From: an uncultured virus (IMG/VR IMGVR_UViG_3300034196_000153) | Lineage: Duplodnaviria; Heunggongvirae; Uroviricota; Caudoviricetes | Direction: 5' to 3' (one strand) | DNA: 64,000 bases | IMG/VR virus record: IMGVR_UViG_3300034196_000153 | Part shown: positions 30,534 to 40,731 of the stretch, piece after piece | Layout: each line of letters opens with the position of its first letter | Position numbering within the stretch: position 1 is the first letter of the stretch | Notes under the pieces: model-generated | Databases searched by the model: none | What the model saw: only the letters and a program-made list of their open reading frames with translations | Told to the model about the DNA's origin: nothing | Program-made: the position numbers and the translations under genes

Positions 30534-31442
30534 ATGTTTAAAGTAATTACGCATTCTCAACAATTTCACCTTGACGAATTGATGGCTGTTGCCCTTTTGG
30601 ATCTGTATGTATTCAAGGGTGAAAAGTTTGAACTCATTCGCACCCGAGATAAAACGATTGTTGCAGCAGGTCAAGATGACGCCAACACCTTTGTGATTGA
30701 CGTAGGTTTGAAATATGACCCAGCTATGCGTAACTTTGACCATCACCAGAACGACAGTAGCCTTTGCTGGCCTGATGGGGTGCCATTGTCTTCTTGTGGT
30801 ATGGTTTGGAAATGGCTTCGTGATAACAAGATTCTTCACCAGAAGATGAATGATGACACAATGAATATCTTTGAACGTGATTTTATTCGCCGTGTAGATA
30901 TGCAAGATAACGGTATTTCAAAATTCAGTGATTGTAATTTCTTGGTAATGTATAACCGTAAGCCCGATGATCCGCGTGAGCAAGACAAACAGTTCATGTA
31001 TGCACTGAAAGCGGCAAAGTCACATTTGATTAACTATTTTGCTTATGTTCGTGGTAACATGAAAGCGGAAAAATCCATTGTAAAAGCTATCAAAAACAGT
31101 GAGAAATATAAAGATATTGTAGTCTGTGATAGTAACATCAAGGATGCTGCCAAACGTATTGCTCAATTGACTGATAAAAAGATGGTAATCTATCCTCACA
31201 GTAATGGAGCATGGGCTATCGAAACCGTTCCATTGAATGCGAATGATGAATATTCGAAGAAAATTCCAGCTCCAAAAGAGTGGTTGGGATTGAGCGGTGA
31301 AGAATTGGAAAACGCTTCTGGTATTAAAGGCTTGTTCTTTTGTCATAAAGGGGCTTTTATCACCATGTTTAGAGGCGAGCTTGATGAAGCAATTAAAGTT
31401 GCTCGTGTAATGATTTTGAAACATGAAGGCCACATTCAGTAG
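30534..31442 (+). CDS. MYG1 (UPF0160) family DHH-like exonuclease/hydrolase
   Basis: TH...FHLDE, RTRD, DVG..YD...FDHHQ, LSSCG.VW, W.GL, FCH...F. Confidence 0.88.
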   Translation: MFKVITHSQQFHLDELMAVALLDLYVFKGEKFELIRTRDKTIVAAGQDDANTFVIDVGLKYDPAMRNFDHHQNDSSLCWPDGVPLSSCGMVWKWLRDNKILHQKMNDDTMNIFERDFIRRVDMQDNGISKFSDCNFLVMYNRKPDDPREQDKQFMYALKAAKSHLINYFAYVRGNMKAEKSIVKAIKNSEKYKDIVVCDSNIKDAAKRIAQLTDKKMVIYPHSNGAWAIETVPLNANDEYSKKIPAPKEWLGLSGEELENASGIKGLFFCHKGAFITMFRGELDEAIKVARVMILKHEGHIQ

Positions 31443-31468
31443 CCTTCTTTATTAAAAGGAGTATTAGT

Positions 31469-31714
31469 ATGCAAGAGAATAAAGTAATGGGAACTATCTG
31501 CAATGAAGAAGCTGTTCAAGCGTTTGTTGCACAGTCCGAACGCGATAACATTCCACTGGTGATTATCAACGATGAAATTGATTTCTCAACGGATGTCATT
31601 TCCATGATTAAACATCATCAAACCCATAACCTTGATTTGATGGTTGTAGTGGCTGAACATGTAGCACTGAATAAATCAATGGCTCCTGAACTGTTGAATG
31701 TTCGTTGGATCTAA
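31469..31714 (+). CDS. Hypothetical protein
   Basis: AAGGAG RBS. Confidence 0.6.
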   Translation: MQENKVMGTICNEEAVQAFVAQSERDNIPLVIINDEIDFSTDVISMIKHHQTHNLDLMVVVAEHVALNKSMAPELLNVRWI

Positions 31715-31835
31715 TTTTTCTTTGAGGGACGGTAGCTGTTCTACCGTCTCTTTTTGAAACAATTTACATTGTCTTAAATTCTTGATGTTTCTTTGTGCTT
31801 GTAGTATAATAAGCCCATTAACAAGGAGATTAAAA

Positions 31836-32051
31836 ATGCCTATCAAAAAATCTAATCAAAAAGTCACTAAAACAAATATTAGTGATAAGTGGATTTCAGG
31901 TGTAATCGGTGGTATTTGTAAAGCTTATGGTGTCAATCCATTTCTCGCACGACTTGTATTTCTTGCACTAGTCTTGTTCACGTCAGGGGCTTTCATTTTA
32001 TTGTATATTGTGCTTGCGTGTTTAATGCCAAGCGAATTTGAAGCTGAATAA
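31836..32051 (+). CDS. PspC domain membrane protein
   Basis: ISGVIGGI...G......RL.F......YI.L...MP pattern. Confidence 0.85.
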   Translation: MPIKKSNQKVTKTNISDKWISGVIGGICKAYGVNPFLARLVFLALVLFTSGAFILLYIVLACLMPSEFEAE

Positions 32052-32082
32052 CTTAATTTTTTAATAAGCGGAGTATTATTAT

Positions 32083-32640
32083 ATGTCTCAAAAAATCTAT
32101 ATTGCTGGCCCAGATGTCTTCTACCCAAGAGCTGTTGAAATTGGAGAAGCTAAAAAAGCAATCTGTGCCAAATATGGTTTTGTGGGAATTTTCCCACTGG
32201 ATCTGTTGCCAAACGATCTCTTTTCTAACCCACGTTATAACAATGCTCAACGTGCCGACATTTGTAAGAAGGCATGTATTGAAGGCGTTCGCTCGTGTGA
32301 CATCGTTGTGGCAAACATGTCTCCCTTCCGTGGCACAGGTATGGACGTAGGTACCGCTGCTGAAATGGCCGCTGCTGACATGATTCATAAACCTGTTTAT
32401 GGTTACTCAACCGACAATCGCACTTACCTTGAAAAACTTATTGCTACGGGTGAAGTTGTGCTTCTGGATGGCTGCTACTTAGATTCAGAAGGTCAAATCA
32501 TTGAAAACTTGGATCGCATTGATAACTGCATGGTGACTGAATGCTGCCAGAAGATTATTTTCCCTGATGATAAGTCTACCACTAACCTTGAAGTGTTTGA
32601 AAAGGTGATTGCTTACATTCATGAAAAGTTTAAAGAGTGA
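32083..32640 (+). CDS. Nucleoside 2-deoxyribosyltransferase family protein
   Basis: KIYIAGPDVF, D.VVAN..PFRG...DVGTAAE. Confidence 0.88.
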   Translation: MSQKIYIAGPDVFYPRAVEIGEAKKAICAKYGFVGIFPLDLLPNDLFSNPRYNNAQRADICKKACIEGVRSCDIVVANMSPFRGTGMDVGTAAEMAAADMIHKPVYGYSTDNRTYLEKLIATGEVVLLDGCYLDSEGQIIENLDRIDNCMVTECCQKIIFPDDKSTTNLEVFEKVIAYIHEKFKE

Positions 32641-32721
32641 TTGAACTACAATATAAATTGAGCTATAATCTGTTTTCGCGTGTCATCTTCGGGTGACACT
32701 TTTTATTTTAAAGGAGCTTTC

Positions 32722-33255
32722 ATGCACATTCGACACCTTGTATTAACCAGTATGCTATCTGTTTTAGCTTTTTCAACCAGTGCGGTAGCTGCTAGTGCCG
32801 AGCCTGTTGTTAAGAAATCTACTGAAATCTCTACCTTTGGTATTAAACTGGGCCAACCTGTTACAGATCTTAATGTTCTAAAAGTTGAGACGATGGGCGA
32901 AAGATATTCAGTTGAACCTAGTCATCCTATTGAATTTTTTGATTCGTATAACGTTACAACCACACCCGAGTATAATGTTTACAAAGTTTTTGCTTCAGGT
33001 GAGATTAAAAATTCTACCTATACCTGTAATGAAGCCGCTGCTTTTCTCAGTAAAGAATTTGAGAAAACATATGATACAAGTTTGTTTAAACCATTGTCGC
33101 CAAAGGTGGGTCAATACATATATATGAGCAAAGATGTTAGTGTTTCTATTATGTGTATTGGACAAAATTTGGGTTATACTTTTGCTTATCAAAAAGACCT
33201 TTCAAGTTATCCTGTCCCTATTGATAAATTTAAAGAATTCAATATTAAAATTTAA
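32722..33255 (+). CDS. Secreted protein, paralog 1 of 3 (FGI.LG family)
   Basis: Signal peptide; FGI.(L/V)G, Y.V.A.G, paired Cys. Confidence 0.7.
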   Translation: MHIRHLVLTSMLSVLAFSTSAVAASAEPVVKKSTEISTFGIKLGQPVTDLNVLKVETMGERYSVEPSHPIEFFDSYNVTTTPEYNVYKVFASGEIKNSTYTCNEAAAFLSKEFEKTYDTSLFKPLSPKVGQYIYMSKDVSVSIMCIGQNLGYTFAYQKDLSSYPVPIDKFKEFNIKI

Positions 33256-33309
33256 TTTATTAGCCGAATACTGTGTTCAGCTTTTTCATTCTTAAAAATA
33301 GGAGAAATC

Positions 33310-33813
33310 ATGTTTAAATCAGTTCTTATGTTTCTATCACTATCCCTAGCTGTACTTATCAGCACCGTCCAAGCTCAGGATATGCATATTAAATCCTTCG
33401 GCATTGAACTAGGGGCACCCTATAAACACTATAATTATTCAGATTATTTGTTTGGGAGAAAGATTGACGTTTTACCACAAAATGATATGCGACAAGTGTT
33501 TAATAAGTACTATATTACGCTGACACCAGAAAGCACTGTTCATACAGTGTATGCACAAGGCAATATGAGACAGAAAGAATACTCTTGCCCAGAAATGGCT
33601 TATAACCTTGCAGGCATGTTTAAAAACAATTATTTGGCTGATATTGTGTCTTATACTGAACGAGATGGGTTCTATGAGTATGTAGGACGAACACAAGAAG
33701 TAAAGATGTATTGCGAAGGTGATACTATTCTTTATGAAGCTAGATTGAAAAAAGACTTAGAAGTACCAAAATCAAATGTTTTTGAAGTGGAAGGCATCCA
33801 AAATAATCTTTAA
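33310..33813 (+). CDS. Secreted protein, paralog 2
   Basis: Signal peptide (VQA); FGIELG; STVHTVYAQG. Confidence 0.7.
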   Translation: MFKSVLMFLSLSLAVLISTVQAQDMHIKSFGIELGAPYKHYNYSDYLFGRKIDVLPQNDMRQVFNKYYITLTPESTVHTVYAQGNMRQKEYSCPEMAYNLAGMFKNNYLADIVSYTERDGFYEYVGRTQEVKMYCEGDTILYEARLKKDLEVPKSNVFEVEGIQNNL

Positions 33814-33895
33814 TCATATTCAATATATTTTGCATTCTAGTATTAATCAACTATACTAGAATTGCTTAATATTCTATTTAATTAAAGGACTAGTT

Positions 33896-34387
33896 ATGTT
33901 ATTCAAATTACCCATATTGTTATTTTCATTAGCTTTTTCAACTGTTTCGATGGCTGAACGATTTTCCGTTCCTGATCTATCCCTTAATGCATTTGGTATT
34001 AAGGTTGGCTCAGAGTATAAAGATTATCGCTATATCAGTTATCCTTTTAAAACAAAAATCAATATCACACCAGAAAAGCCACTTCCAGAACTTTTTAACC
34101 ATTATCAAATTGTCTTAAACAGAGACAGCACAGTCCACTCAGTCTATGCATATGGTGATGTCTATAAAGATTGGGGAGCTTGTGATGTGGATGCTAGAAA
34201 ACTGTTCCTACAATTACAAGACGACTATAAAGGCTTTGTGAATGGTTCGATGGACACTAACCGCTATTATCTATTGTCTGGTAACACTCAGGATTTGATT
34301 GTTAAGTGTAATGAGAAGGATAGACTCTATTTTATTGCGAAAGTCAAGAAAGAAATTATTCCAGATTCACCTAGTATAGAGAAATAA
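33896..34387 (+). CDS. Secreted protein, paralog 3
   Basis: Signal peptide (SMA); FGIKVG; STVHSVYAYG. Confidence 0.7.
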   Translation: MLFKLPILLFSLAFSTVSMAERFSVPDLSLNAFGIKVGSEYKDYRYISYPFKTKINITPEKPLPELFNHYQIVLNRDSTVHSVYAYGDVYKDWGACDVDARKLFLQLQDDYKGFVNGSMDTNRYYLLSGNTQDLIVKCNEKDRLYFIAKVKKEIIPDSPSIEK

Positions 34388-34452
34388 CCTGTAGACAATG
34401 CTTTGATTATCCAGTATAATTCTTTTTTTATCCAAATGGAGAAGTATCAGAG

Positions 34453-34611
34453 ATGTCAGATAAACTAGCAAAGCAAGTAGAACAGAAACTGCAGCAACTG
34501 CGTTTTGAAATCAAATCCAATGCGGGATATCTGGAAAAGAATCCAGACGTTAAAGATCGCATTGAAGATCGAATCAAAGTGATGGTTGCCAAACTGGAAT
34601 CTATTGCATAA
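34453..34611 (+). CDS. Small helical protein, 52 aa (MSDKLAKQV...LESIA); below the ORF-track cutoff
   Basis: TAGACA/TATAAT promoter, GGAG RBS, cUUCGg terminator after the stop. Confidence 0.7.
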   Translation: MSDKLAKQVEQKLQQLRFEIKSNAGYLEKNPDVKDRIEDRIKVMVAKLESIA

Positions 34612-34722
34612 CTTATTAGAATAGTGCTTCGGCACTATTTTTTTTTGTCTGTTTATATTATTTGCCTATTCTCAAAAAAAATGATATAATATCCATCAAA
34701 TTAAAGCATTAAGGAGTCAAAC

Positions 34723-35484
34723 ATGGGTGGTACAATTCAACTCGTTGTTAGAAAAAAAGACGGTGAAGTTACATCACTTCCTGTTTGGACGAATAGCATG
34801 TCTTTAAAACTACTCAAAAACCCAGAGTTTCTGGCTGGTGATTTTACGGCATTTAATGAATTTACGGATTATCATCAAAAGCTTGTTGATGATTATGCAG
34901 AAAACAAAGTCACACAAAAGTTTAAAGACAGTGGTGCCTCGCTGTATGGTGCTATTCCTTTTGGTGGTTTGTATCCGCTCAGTTATGGCATCGTTATTTT
35001 TGATTTTAAAGAAATGAAAATTTTTGAAATGCAAGAATATACCTCTTCAGAATCTATTTATGCTTCGTTTGAAACTACGTTGTTTAAGTCTGATGTTCGA
35101 ATGGTGTCTATTGGTTCTGGTGGTGATCTGGTTAATGTTGAACGTTTATTGAATGGCGGTCATATCAAATCAGTAAGAACTGATTATGCTTCCGATATTA
35201 ATTATGACGTATCGCACATCAGATCATTAAACGAGCTGAATGCTTTTGTAGGAGAGCGTTTGGTACATTCGGGTGAACTTCGTAAATATCGTTATGGCCT
35301 CAGTGATAAAGAATCATTTTCATTAGATTTGGTTTTTGATAAAAAAGGCTTTGAAACCATTCTCTATGAAGGCCATAATAGAGTATCGGTTGATAAATTA
35401 TTGATGGACATTCAAGCGGCTGGTTTTGATTTGTCTAGTCATGATAAAGAACAATGGAATTTGCATGTTAAAAAATATGAATAA
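34723..35484 (+). CDS. Hypothetical protein, MGG-start family
   Basis: Strong similarity to 35885 (LPVWTNSM, YGIV..DFK). Confidence 0.8.
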   Translation: MGGTIQLVVRKKDGEVTSLPVWTNSMSLKLLKNPEFLAGDFTAFNEFTDYHQKLVDDYAENKVTQKFKDSGASLYGAIPFGGLYPLSYGIVIFDFKEMKIFEMQEYTSSESIYASFETTLFKSDVRMVSIGSGGDLVNVERLLNGGHIKSVRTDYASDINYDVSHIRSLNELNAFVGERLVHSGELRKYRYGLSDKESFSLDLVFDKKGFETILYEGHNRVSVDKLLMDIQAAGFDLSSHDKEQWNLHVKKYE

Positions 35485-35496
35485 GAGGATTTAATT

Positions 35497-35811
35497 GTGA
35501 ATAAATTTATTACACGAGCTGTCAATCATGTTCGTTACACCACACACGTTGTTATCAGTGATGAAGATTTCATTAAAGTCATTAAAGAAGACGATTATGT
35601 CTTTAATTCCATTGTGAACAATTCATTAGATTGGGATAATTTGGAAAGTTTGATTTTGAACTCATTCTGTTTGTCTATGATTGATAAACGTTGGCCGACA
35701 CCAGAAGAACTTTCAAGCATGACTGAGGCTGAATATGACGCTTTTCATGATGAATTTCAAAAGGGGTGTATTCAACATGGTTTTGGGTATGCCAAAAACA
35801 CCCAAGAGTAA
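35497..35811 (+). CDS. Hypothetical protein
   Basis: GAGGA RBS, GTG start. Confidence 0.6.
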   Translation: MNKFITRAVNHVRYTTHVVISDEDFIKVIKEDDYVFNSIVNNSLDWDNLESLILNSFCLSMIDKRWPTPEELSSMTEAEYDAFHDEFQKGCIQHGFGYAKNTQE

Positions 35812-35884
35812 CAAAACGTTTTAATTGTAAAGGTACCTATATCGCCTTCAAGCATATAGTTTAATAATTTATAGGAGTGTCATC

Positions 35885-36721
35885 ATGGGTGGTTCTGTTC
35901 AACTAGTTGTTCGCAATAAAGAAGGTGCTATCACTGCGTTGCCAGTGTGGACGAATAGCATGGCTTCGTTGTTGCTTAAAAACCCTAAATTCCTTGCAGG
36001 TGACTTCTCCTATTTGACCGAGTTTGTTAACTACCATCGTGAGTTGATGGCTGATTATGATGCTAACCATATCACTCGTACTTTTAAAGATTCAAATGCT
36101 GGTTTGTTTGGTTCAAAACCTTTCGGTGGTTTGGCTCCCATTGAATACGGTATTGTTGTCATTGATTTCAAAACAATGAAAATTCTTGACATGCAAGACT
36201 ACACCAATGTTTCTTCCATTTATATGTCGTTGAAACGGACTGTTGGTCAACAAGATCTGCAGCTTGTCTCGTTGTCTAGTACGGGCAAAGATGTTCAAGA
36301 TATTGAGGAATTTATTTCGAAAGGTTATTGCAAGTCTGTAAAAACGTCTTACGAATCTGATATCAACTATGACATTTCAGAACTACGAACTTTACATGAT
36401 GTCTTGAATTTGTTGGATGATAAGTTACACAATGTGGAGATCCCAATGTCTTTTAAATCTCAGGATATTGGAGCTGTATTAGCAATGTTGGGTAAATCTA
36501 AGCAAGAAGTTGGACTTCCAGAAGATTTTGAGTTTCCTGAAACTGAGTCTTTTCAACTTGATTTGGTTATTGATCAACAAGGTTTTGAAGTGTTAACGTA
36601 TAAACCACGTAACCGTGAAAATATTTCAAAGGTAAAAGAAGAAATTATTACCCTTGGCTTTCCTTTAACTGATGGTGATCTTGATCGTTGGGCGTTTTTT
36701 GAAAAATCTCGAGCGGAATAA
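35885..36721 (+). CDS. Hypothetical protein, MGG-start family
   Basis: Paralog of 34723 and 51118. Confidence 0.8.
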   Translation: MGGSVQLVVRNKEGAITALPVWTNSMASLLLKNPKFLAGDFSYLTEFVNYHRELMADYDANHITRTFKDSNAGLFGSKPFGGLAPIEYGIVVIDFKTMKILDMQDYTNVSSIYMSLKRTVGQQDLQLVSLSSTGKDVQDIEEFISKGYCKSVKTSYESDINYDISELRTLHDVLNLLDDKLHNVEIPMSFKSQDIGAVLAMLGKSKQEVGLPEDFEFPETESFQLDLVIDQQGFEVLTYKPRNRENISKVKEEIITLGFPLTDGDLDRWAFFEKSRAE

Positions 36722-36729
36722 GTAATTTT

Positions 36730-37437
36730 ATGATAATTGTCGCAATTAATAGTTTATTAACAAAATGCGAAACCTTTTTAAATAAGGTATTCGATAATAG
36801 AACTGACACTTTTATCAGTCGTTCTGATGTTCTATTTAGTTTTATTTTTTCACCATTTGTGATACTGTTATTGTTTAACTTTATCAATATTTTTAAAAGT
36901 TTAACAATAACAGTCATTAAGGACGATGACATTTTGTGGAAATATATGTTTTATTTTCCTTTAACTTCCTTTCTATTCTTATTGTTTGTTTATTCGTTTT
37001 ACATGTATAAACATCGTTCTATTTTCATGTATTCACTGGGAAGTCCTGTTTTAAAACTATTGGGATTTTTGATATTTGTTTTTTTTGTTGCAATGTCTTA
37101 TGAAAAAATACATGTTTGTTTTGCCACTGTTCTGTTAGTGATTAATGCTTTTTCTATTGTTTCGTTGATTGGCAGCAATCTAATTGTTTCAGAAAATATA
37201 AGAAATTCAAAAGACAATAATCAATTTAAAATCACATTCATTAGTCTTGAAGGTGAACAACGTGGATTTACATTTTTTAAAAATATTAATATTTTATATT
37301 ATTCTACTCATATCCTTTTAGAAAAATATAAAATAAGTTACAAGGATGTTTTTCTTTTCGAACATCAATTTAGTAAAAAGCTATATGATTTTAATGATGA
37401 CGAATTAAAGATCCTTAAAATGTATGCAATTTATTAA
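36730..37437 (+). CDS. Multi-TM membrane protein ending in an MxxI-type tail (KMYAIY)
   Basis: TM segments; C-terminus near-identical to 37470. Confidence 0.75.
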   Translation: MIIVAINSLLTKCETFLNKVFDNRTDTFISRSDVLFSFIFSPFVILLLFNFINIFKSLTITVIKDDDILWKYMFYFPLTSFLFLLFVYSFYMYKHRSIFMYSLGSPVLKLLGFLIFVFFVAMSYEKIHVCFATVLLVINAFSIVSLIGSNLIVSENIRNSKDNNQFKITFISLEGEQRGFTFFKNINILYYSTHILLEKYKISYKDVFLFEHQFSKKLYDFNDDELKILKMYAIY

Positions 37438-37469
37438 TAAATATATTATAATTTAGAGGTATAGAATTA

Positions 37470-38180
37470 ATGTTATTTCAAAATATAAAAAGACATATCA
37501 ACAATTTATTAGGAAAATATAATGTTGATAACACAACAAGTAAAGATATTTTTATAGGTGTTATAACGTCTCCTATTACTTTTTTAATTATAACTATAAT
37601 GGTTTATTCTATAAAGACAATTGGGCATTTCCTTTCATTGCCGGAAAGTAATAATTTATTAATGTTTAAATATTCAGTGCCATTTTTAATTTCTCTATTG
37701 CCCATAGTTGTTTATTGTTATTTTATCTATAAATATAAAACCTTTTACGTTTCTTTTACTGGTCGTCCTGTTCTGCTTTTATTAAGTATTATTGCTTTTA
37801 CCTTTATGTTATTTTTGATCTTGGTATCATCTAATCTTGAATTAATAGGGACTGTGCTTCTTTTTGCTTCTCTGCTGTTATCATCCATACTTGTATTCTT
37901 CATAAGTTTTTCTAGCTCAAAAAATACATTATTAAAATTGGATGCTTTAAATTTTACTAAGAGATCTAAAATCGCCTTTGTTGATTTATATAATTATGAT
38001 TTGAGTATTTTAATATTTATCAAGAAACCTAATATTTTTTACCAAGAAAAAAATATTCAGATTAATGGTTATAAGGTAAGTTATCAGGATGTTTCTATTT
38101 TTGAAGATCAATTTAATAAAAAGTTGTATGATTTCAATAAAGATGAACTTGAAATTATGACAATGTATGCGTTCAATTAA
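37470..38180 (+). CDS. Multi-TM membrane protein, paralog of 36730
   Basis: YK.SY.DV..FE.QF.KKLYDFN.DEL.I..MYA. Confidence 0.75.
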   Translation: MLFQNIKRHINNLLGKYNVDNTTSKDIFIGVITSPITFLIITIMVYSIKTIGHFLSLPESNNLLMFKYSVPFLISLLPIVVYCYFIYKYKTFYVSFTGRPVLLLLSIIAFTFMLFLILVSSNLELIGTVLLFASLLLSSILVFFISFSSSKNTLLKLDALNFTKRSKIAFVDLYNYDLSILIFIKKPNIFYQEKNIQINGYKVSYQDVSIFEDQFNKKLYDFNKDELEIMTMYAFN

Positions 38181-38188
38181 TGAGATGG

Positions 38189-38812
38189 TTAAATCTTAAC
38201 CATCTCTGTCAGTAGTCCATATTCTTTGAAATCCTTTTCAATCACATTATCCCACGCTTCCAGTGTTCTCTTTCTGGCTACATTTATTCTATTTACTTTC
38301 ATATTGCCTTCCAAATCAAAAACCATGTACATACTGGTATGAGTACCTGAACAAATAACTGCTTGATTGCTGATGACATTGCTCATTTTTGATTTGTTAT
38401 GTTCGAAATTTAAAACGATTTCATTTTTGTCAGGATTTTTTAAATCAAATTCAAAATCAATGTATGCCTTCACTGAATCTACATACGAGTGTAGTTGATT
38501 AGTTTCAATATCAACAATTCGCAAGGCTTCAAAAAAATCAACATATTGATTGCCATAATCAATTATCTTTTGAATAATGTCGTTGGCTGGATAATTTGTT
38601 TCGATTTTACCTTTTTTAAAGGTCAAAAAATCAAAATTTAAGACATCACAATACGTGCCAGCTAAAAGCAAGGCATTTTTGTGACTCGTTTTTAAAGTGA
38701 ATTTTAGATGAGACTTTTTTCTCATTTCTTTAACTTCTATGCCAAATTTATTCAGCATAATTTGAATGCTTTTCAATTTGATGCTATGTTCACCTTCTGG
38801 TGGTTTTTTCAT
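38189..38812 (-). CDS. Hypothetical protein, MxxI-motif family (ends TEMVKI)
   Basis: GAGGTG RBS before ATG 38812. Confidence 0.7.
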   Translation of the reverse strand: MKKPPEGEHSIKLKSIQIMLNKFGIEVKEMRKKSHLKFTLKTSHKNALLLAGTYCDVLNFDFLTFKKGKIETNYPANDIIQKIIDYGNQYVDFFEALRIVDIETNQLHSYVDSVKAYIDFEFDLKNPDKNEIVLNFEHNKSKMSNVISNQAVICSGTHTSMYMVFDLEGNMKVNRINVARKRTLEAWDNVIEKDFKEYGLLTEMVKI

Positions 38813-38877
38813 TGTTACACCTCTTAAATTGAATTTTTTTATAAAATATGCTTTCATTAAGTAAAAACAAACACGCA

Positions 38878-39693
38878 TTAAATTTTAATCATCTCATCAA
38901 GTGCGATGTATTGTAAATACTTGTCTAATTCAAGTTGAGCAAAATCACTTTTTGAAATTTCTATTTGATAGCGTTGATACAAAATGTTGAATATATAGTT
39001 TCGAATGCCCTTGTTAACCATGTTCAATATATTTTCTATTGTTTCAATTTCATAGACGCCATTCTTTTTTAATACATAAATGTTAGGACAATCTTTATCC
39101 AATGAAATGCAAATTTTGGTTCGCTTAGAAACATTGAGTGGTAGTGATGTTTCCATGACAGGAATATATTTCTTGATGTCTTTATCATCAACAATAATCA
39201 TTTTAATTAGCTGTGTCACAGCAAGATTAATAACAGTATTATTCCAAGGATACAGCTTAAAGTCATAATAAAAATGATCAAAATTTTCCCAATTTTTTAC
39301 ACCATCTTTTTTTCTACTAAAAAATGACATCCATGAGAAATCTTCGATATCTTTTGTTTTTACAGGCTCGACTGTAAATGATAGGAATTCATACAAATCA
39401 GATAATGAGTTTATTGTTGATTTATACAAGGTCATATCGAAAGGATATAACTTTTTTAATACTGTCAGCATTGTTTCTTGATCTTCTATGGTTCTAGAAC
39501 GAATTGAAAAATGAAATGATTGCACCTCTTTAAATGCATGGATACTACATTCGTTAAGTGCATTTTTACTAAAAAGATGATGATTATGTCGGTATGTGTA
39601 TTCAAATTCACCTTCTAAATTATCAACAATAGATTGAAGAACATCTTTCGTTAATTTAGCATGGTTATCAATCTTTTCCTTTTCCATATTCAC
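38878..39693 (-). CDS. Hypothetical protein, MxxI-motif family (ends DEMIKI); paralog of 39794
   Basis: Shared VEP, W.NFD, LYPW, YIPV.E.S.P. Confidence 0.8.
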   Translation of the reverse strand: MNMEKEKIDNHAKLTKDVLQSIVDNLEGEFEYTYRHNHHLFSKNALNECSIHAFKEVQSFHFSIRSRTIEDQETMLTVLKKLYPFDMTLYKSTINSLSDLYEFLSFTVEPVKTKDIEDFSWMSFFSRKKDGVKNWENFDHFYYDFKLYPWNNTVINLAVTQLIKMIIVDDKDIKKYIPVMETSLPLNVSKRTKICISLDKDCPNIYVLKKNGVYEIETIENILNMVNKGIRNYIFNILYQRYQIEISKSDFAQLELDKYLQYIALDEMIKI

Positions 39694-39780
39694 CTCTTTT
39701 AATGCCTAATTTTAACAGAAATGACTATATATATCAAGTTAAAATATCGTTGCAAAAATGTTTATCATCTGTTATGTCCA
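39691..39780. repeat. Imperfect ~90 bp direct repeat, copy 1 (copy 2 at about 40610-40700)
   Basis: CACCTCTTTT.ATGCCT.ATTTTA.CAGAAA...TATATATCAAGTTAAAAT...TATCATCTGTTAT. Confidence 0.75.
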
Positions 39781-39793
39781 TATAGACAACTCC

Positions 39794-40612
39794 TTATATA
39801 TTTGTCATTCTATGAAGACTGATATATTGTAAAAAATCATTGGTTGATAATGTTGAAAAATTATCAAGATCCAAATCAATATAGTTCTCCTTTTTCATAA
39901 TACACAATGAATAATACATAATTGGATCTCTAATCTCATTCATCACATGTTCAATGGATTCCATCTCATAATGACCATTCTTCAATATATAAATATAAGG
40001 AAATGATTTATCGACTGATATACACACTTTTTTAGATTTGGTGTCATTGATAGGAAATGAAACTTCGATAACAGGTATATAAGTAGATTTACCCAGATCA
40101 TCAATGATAATCATCTTAGGTTTTTGACCACCACAACAGACAGGATAGGTCTTTTTCCAAGGATATAATCTCATATGATACGAATGAGTATCGAAATTGA
40201 TCCAAGACTTTCTTGATGTTTGTTTTGTTTTTCTAAAAAAACTCCATGTTAGATTTTCAAATCCATTCATATTAAAAGGTTCTACAATGTAATTAATTTC
40301 TAAGTAAAAATTTGACATTGTTTGGATTGTTTCATTAAAAAAAGTTGTATTGAGTGGATAACGATCATCCAAAGCCTGCAGTAATATATTTTGAATATTG
40401 AGATTGTCAACTCGACCTAATAAAGAAAAAGCTTGTTTTTCTTCTATTGCGGTAATATTACATTGATATTTTCCGTTGCTTTTTGCAGAAAGGTCATGTC
40501 CACTATTTATATATTTATGCGTAAATCTAAGATCTAAATGAGAAAAGATATCTTCCATTGTGGCCTTAGTTAAGTCATGATAGTTTTCATTATTTAAAGA
40601 TTCCATACACAC
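39794..40612 (-). CDS. Hypothetical protein, MxxI-motif family (ends RMTNI)
   Basis: Tandem paralog of 38878. Confidence 0.8.
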   Translation of the reverse strand: MCMESLNNENYHDLTKATMEDIFSHLDLRFTHKYINSGHDLSAKSNGKYQCNITAIEEKQAFSLLGRVDNLNIQNILLQALDDRYPLNTTFFNETIQTMSNFYLEINYIVEPFNMNGFENLTWSFFRKTKQTSRKSWINFDTHSYHMRLYPWKKTYPVCCGGQKPKMIIIDDLGKSTYIPVIEVSFPINDTKSKKVCISVDKSFPYIYILKNGHYEMESIEHVMNEIRDPIMYYSLCIMKKENYIDLDLDNFSTLSTNDFLQYISLHRMTNI

Positions 40613-40731
40613 CTCTTTTGATGCCTTATTTTAGCAGAAAACACTCTATATATCAAGTTAAAATGTCATTGCTAAAATCTATATCATCTGTTATAATCCA
40701 GCCCTTGCTGTATTTAATTCTTGGAGATTAT

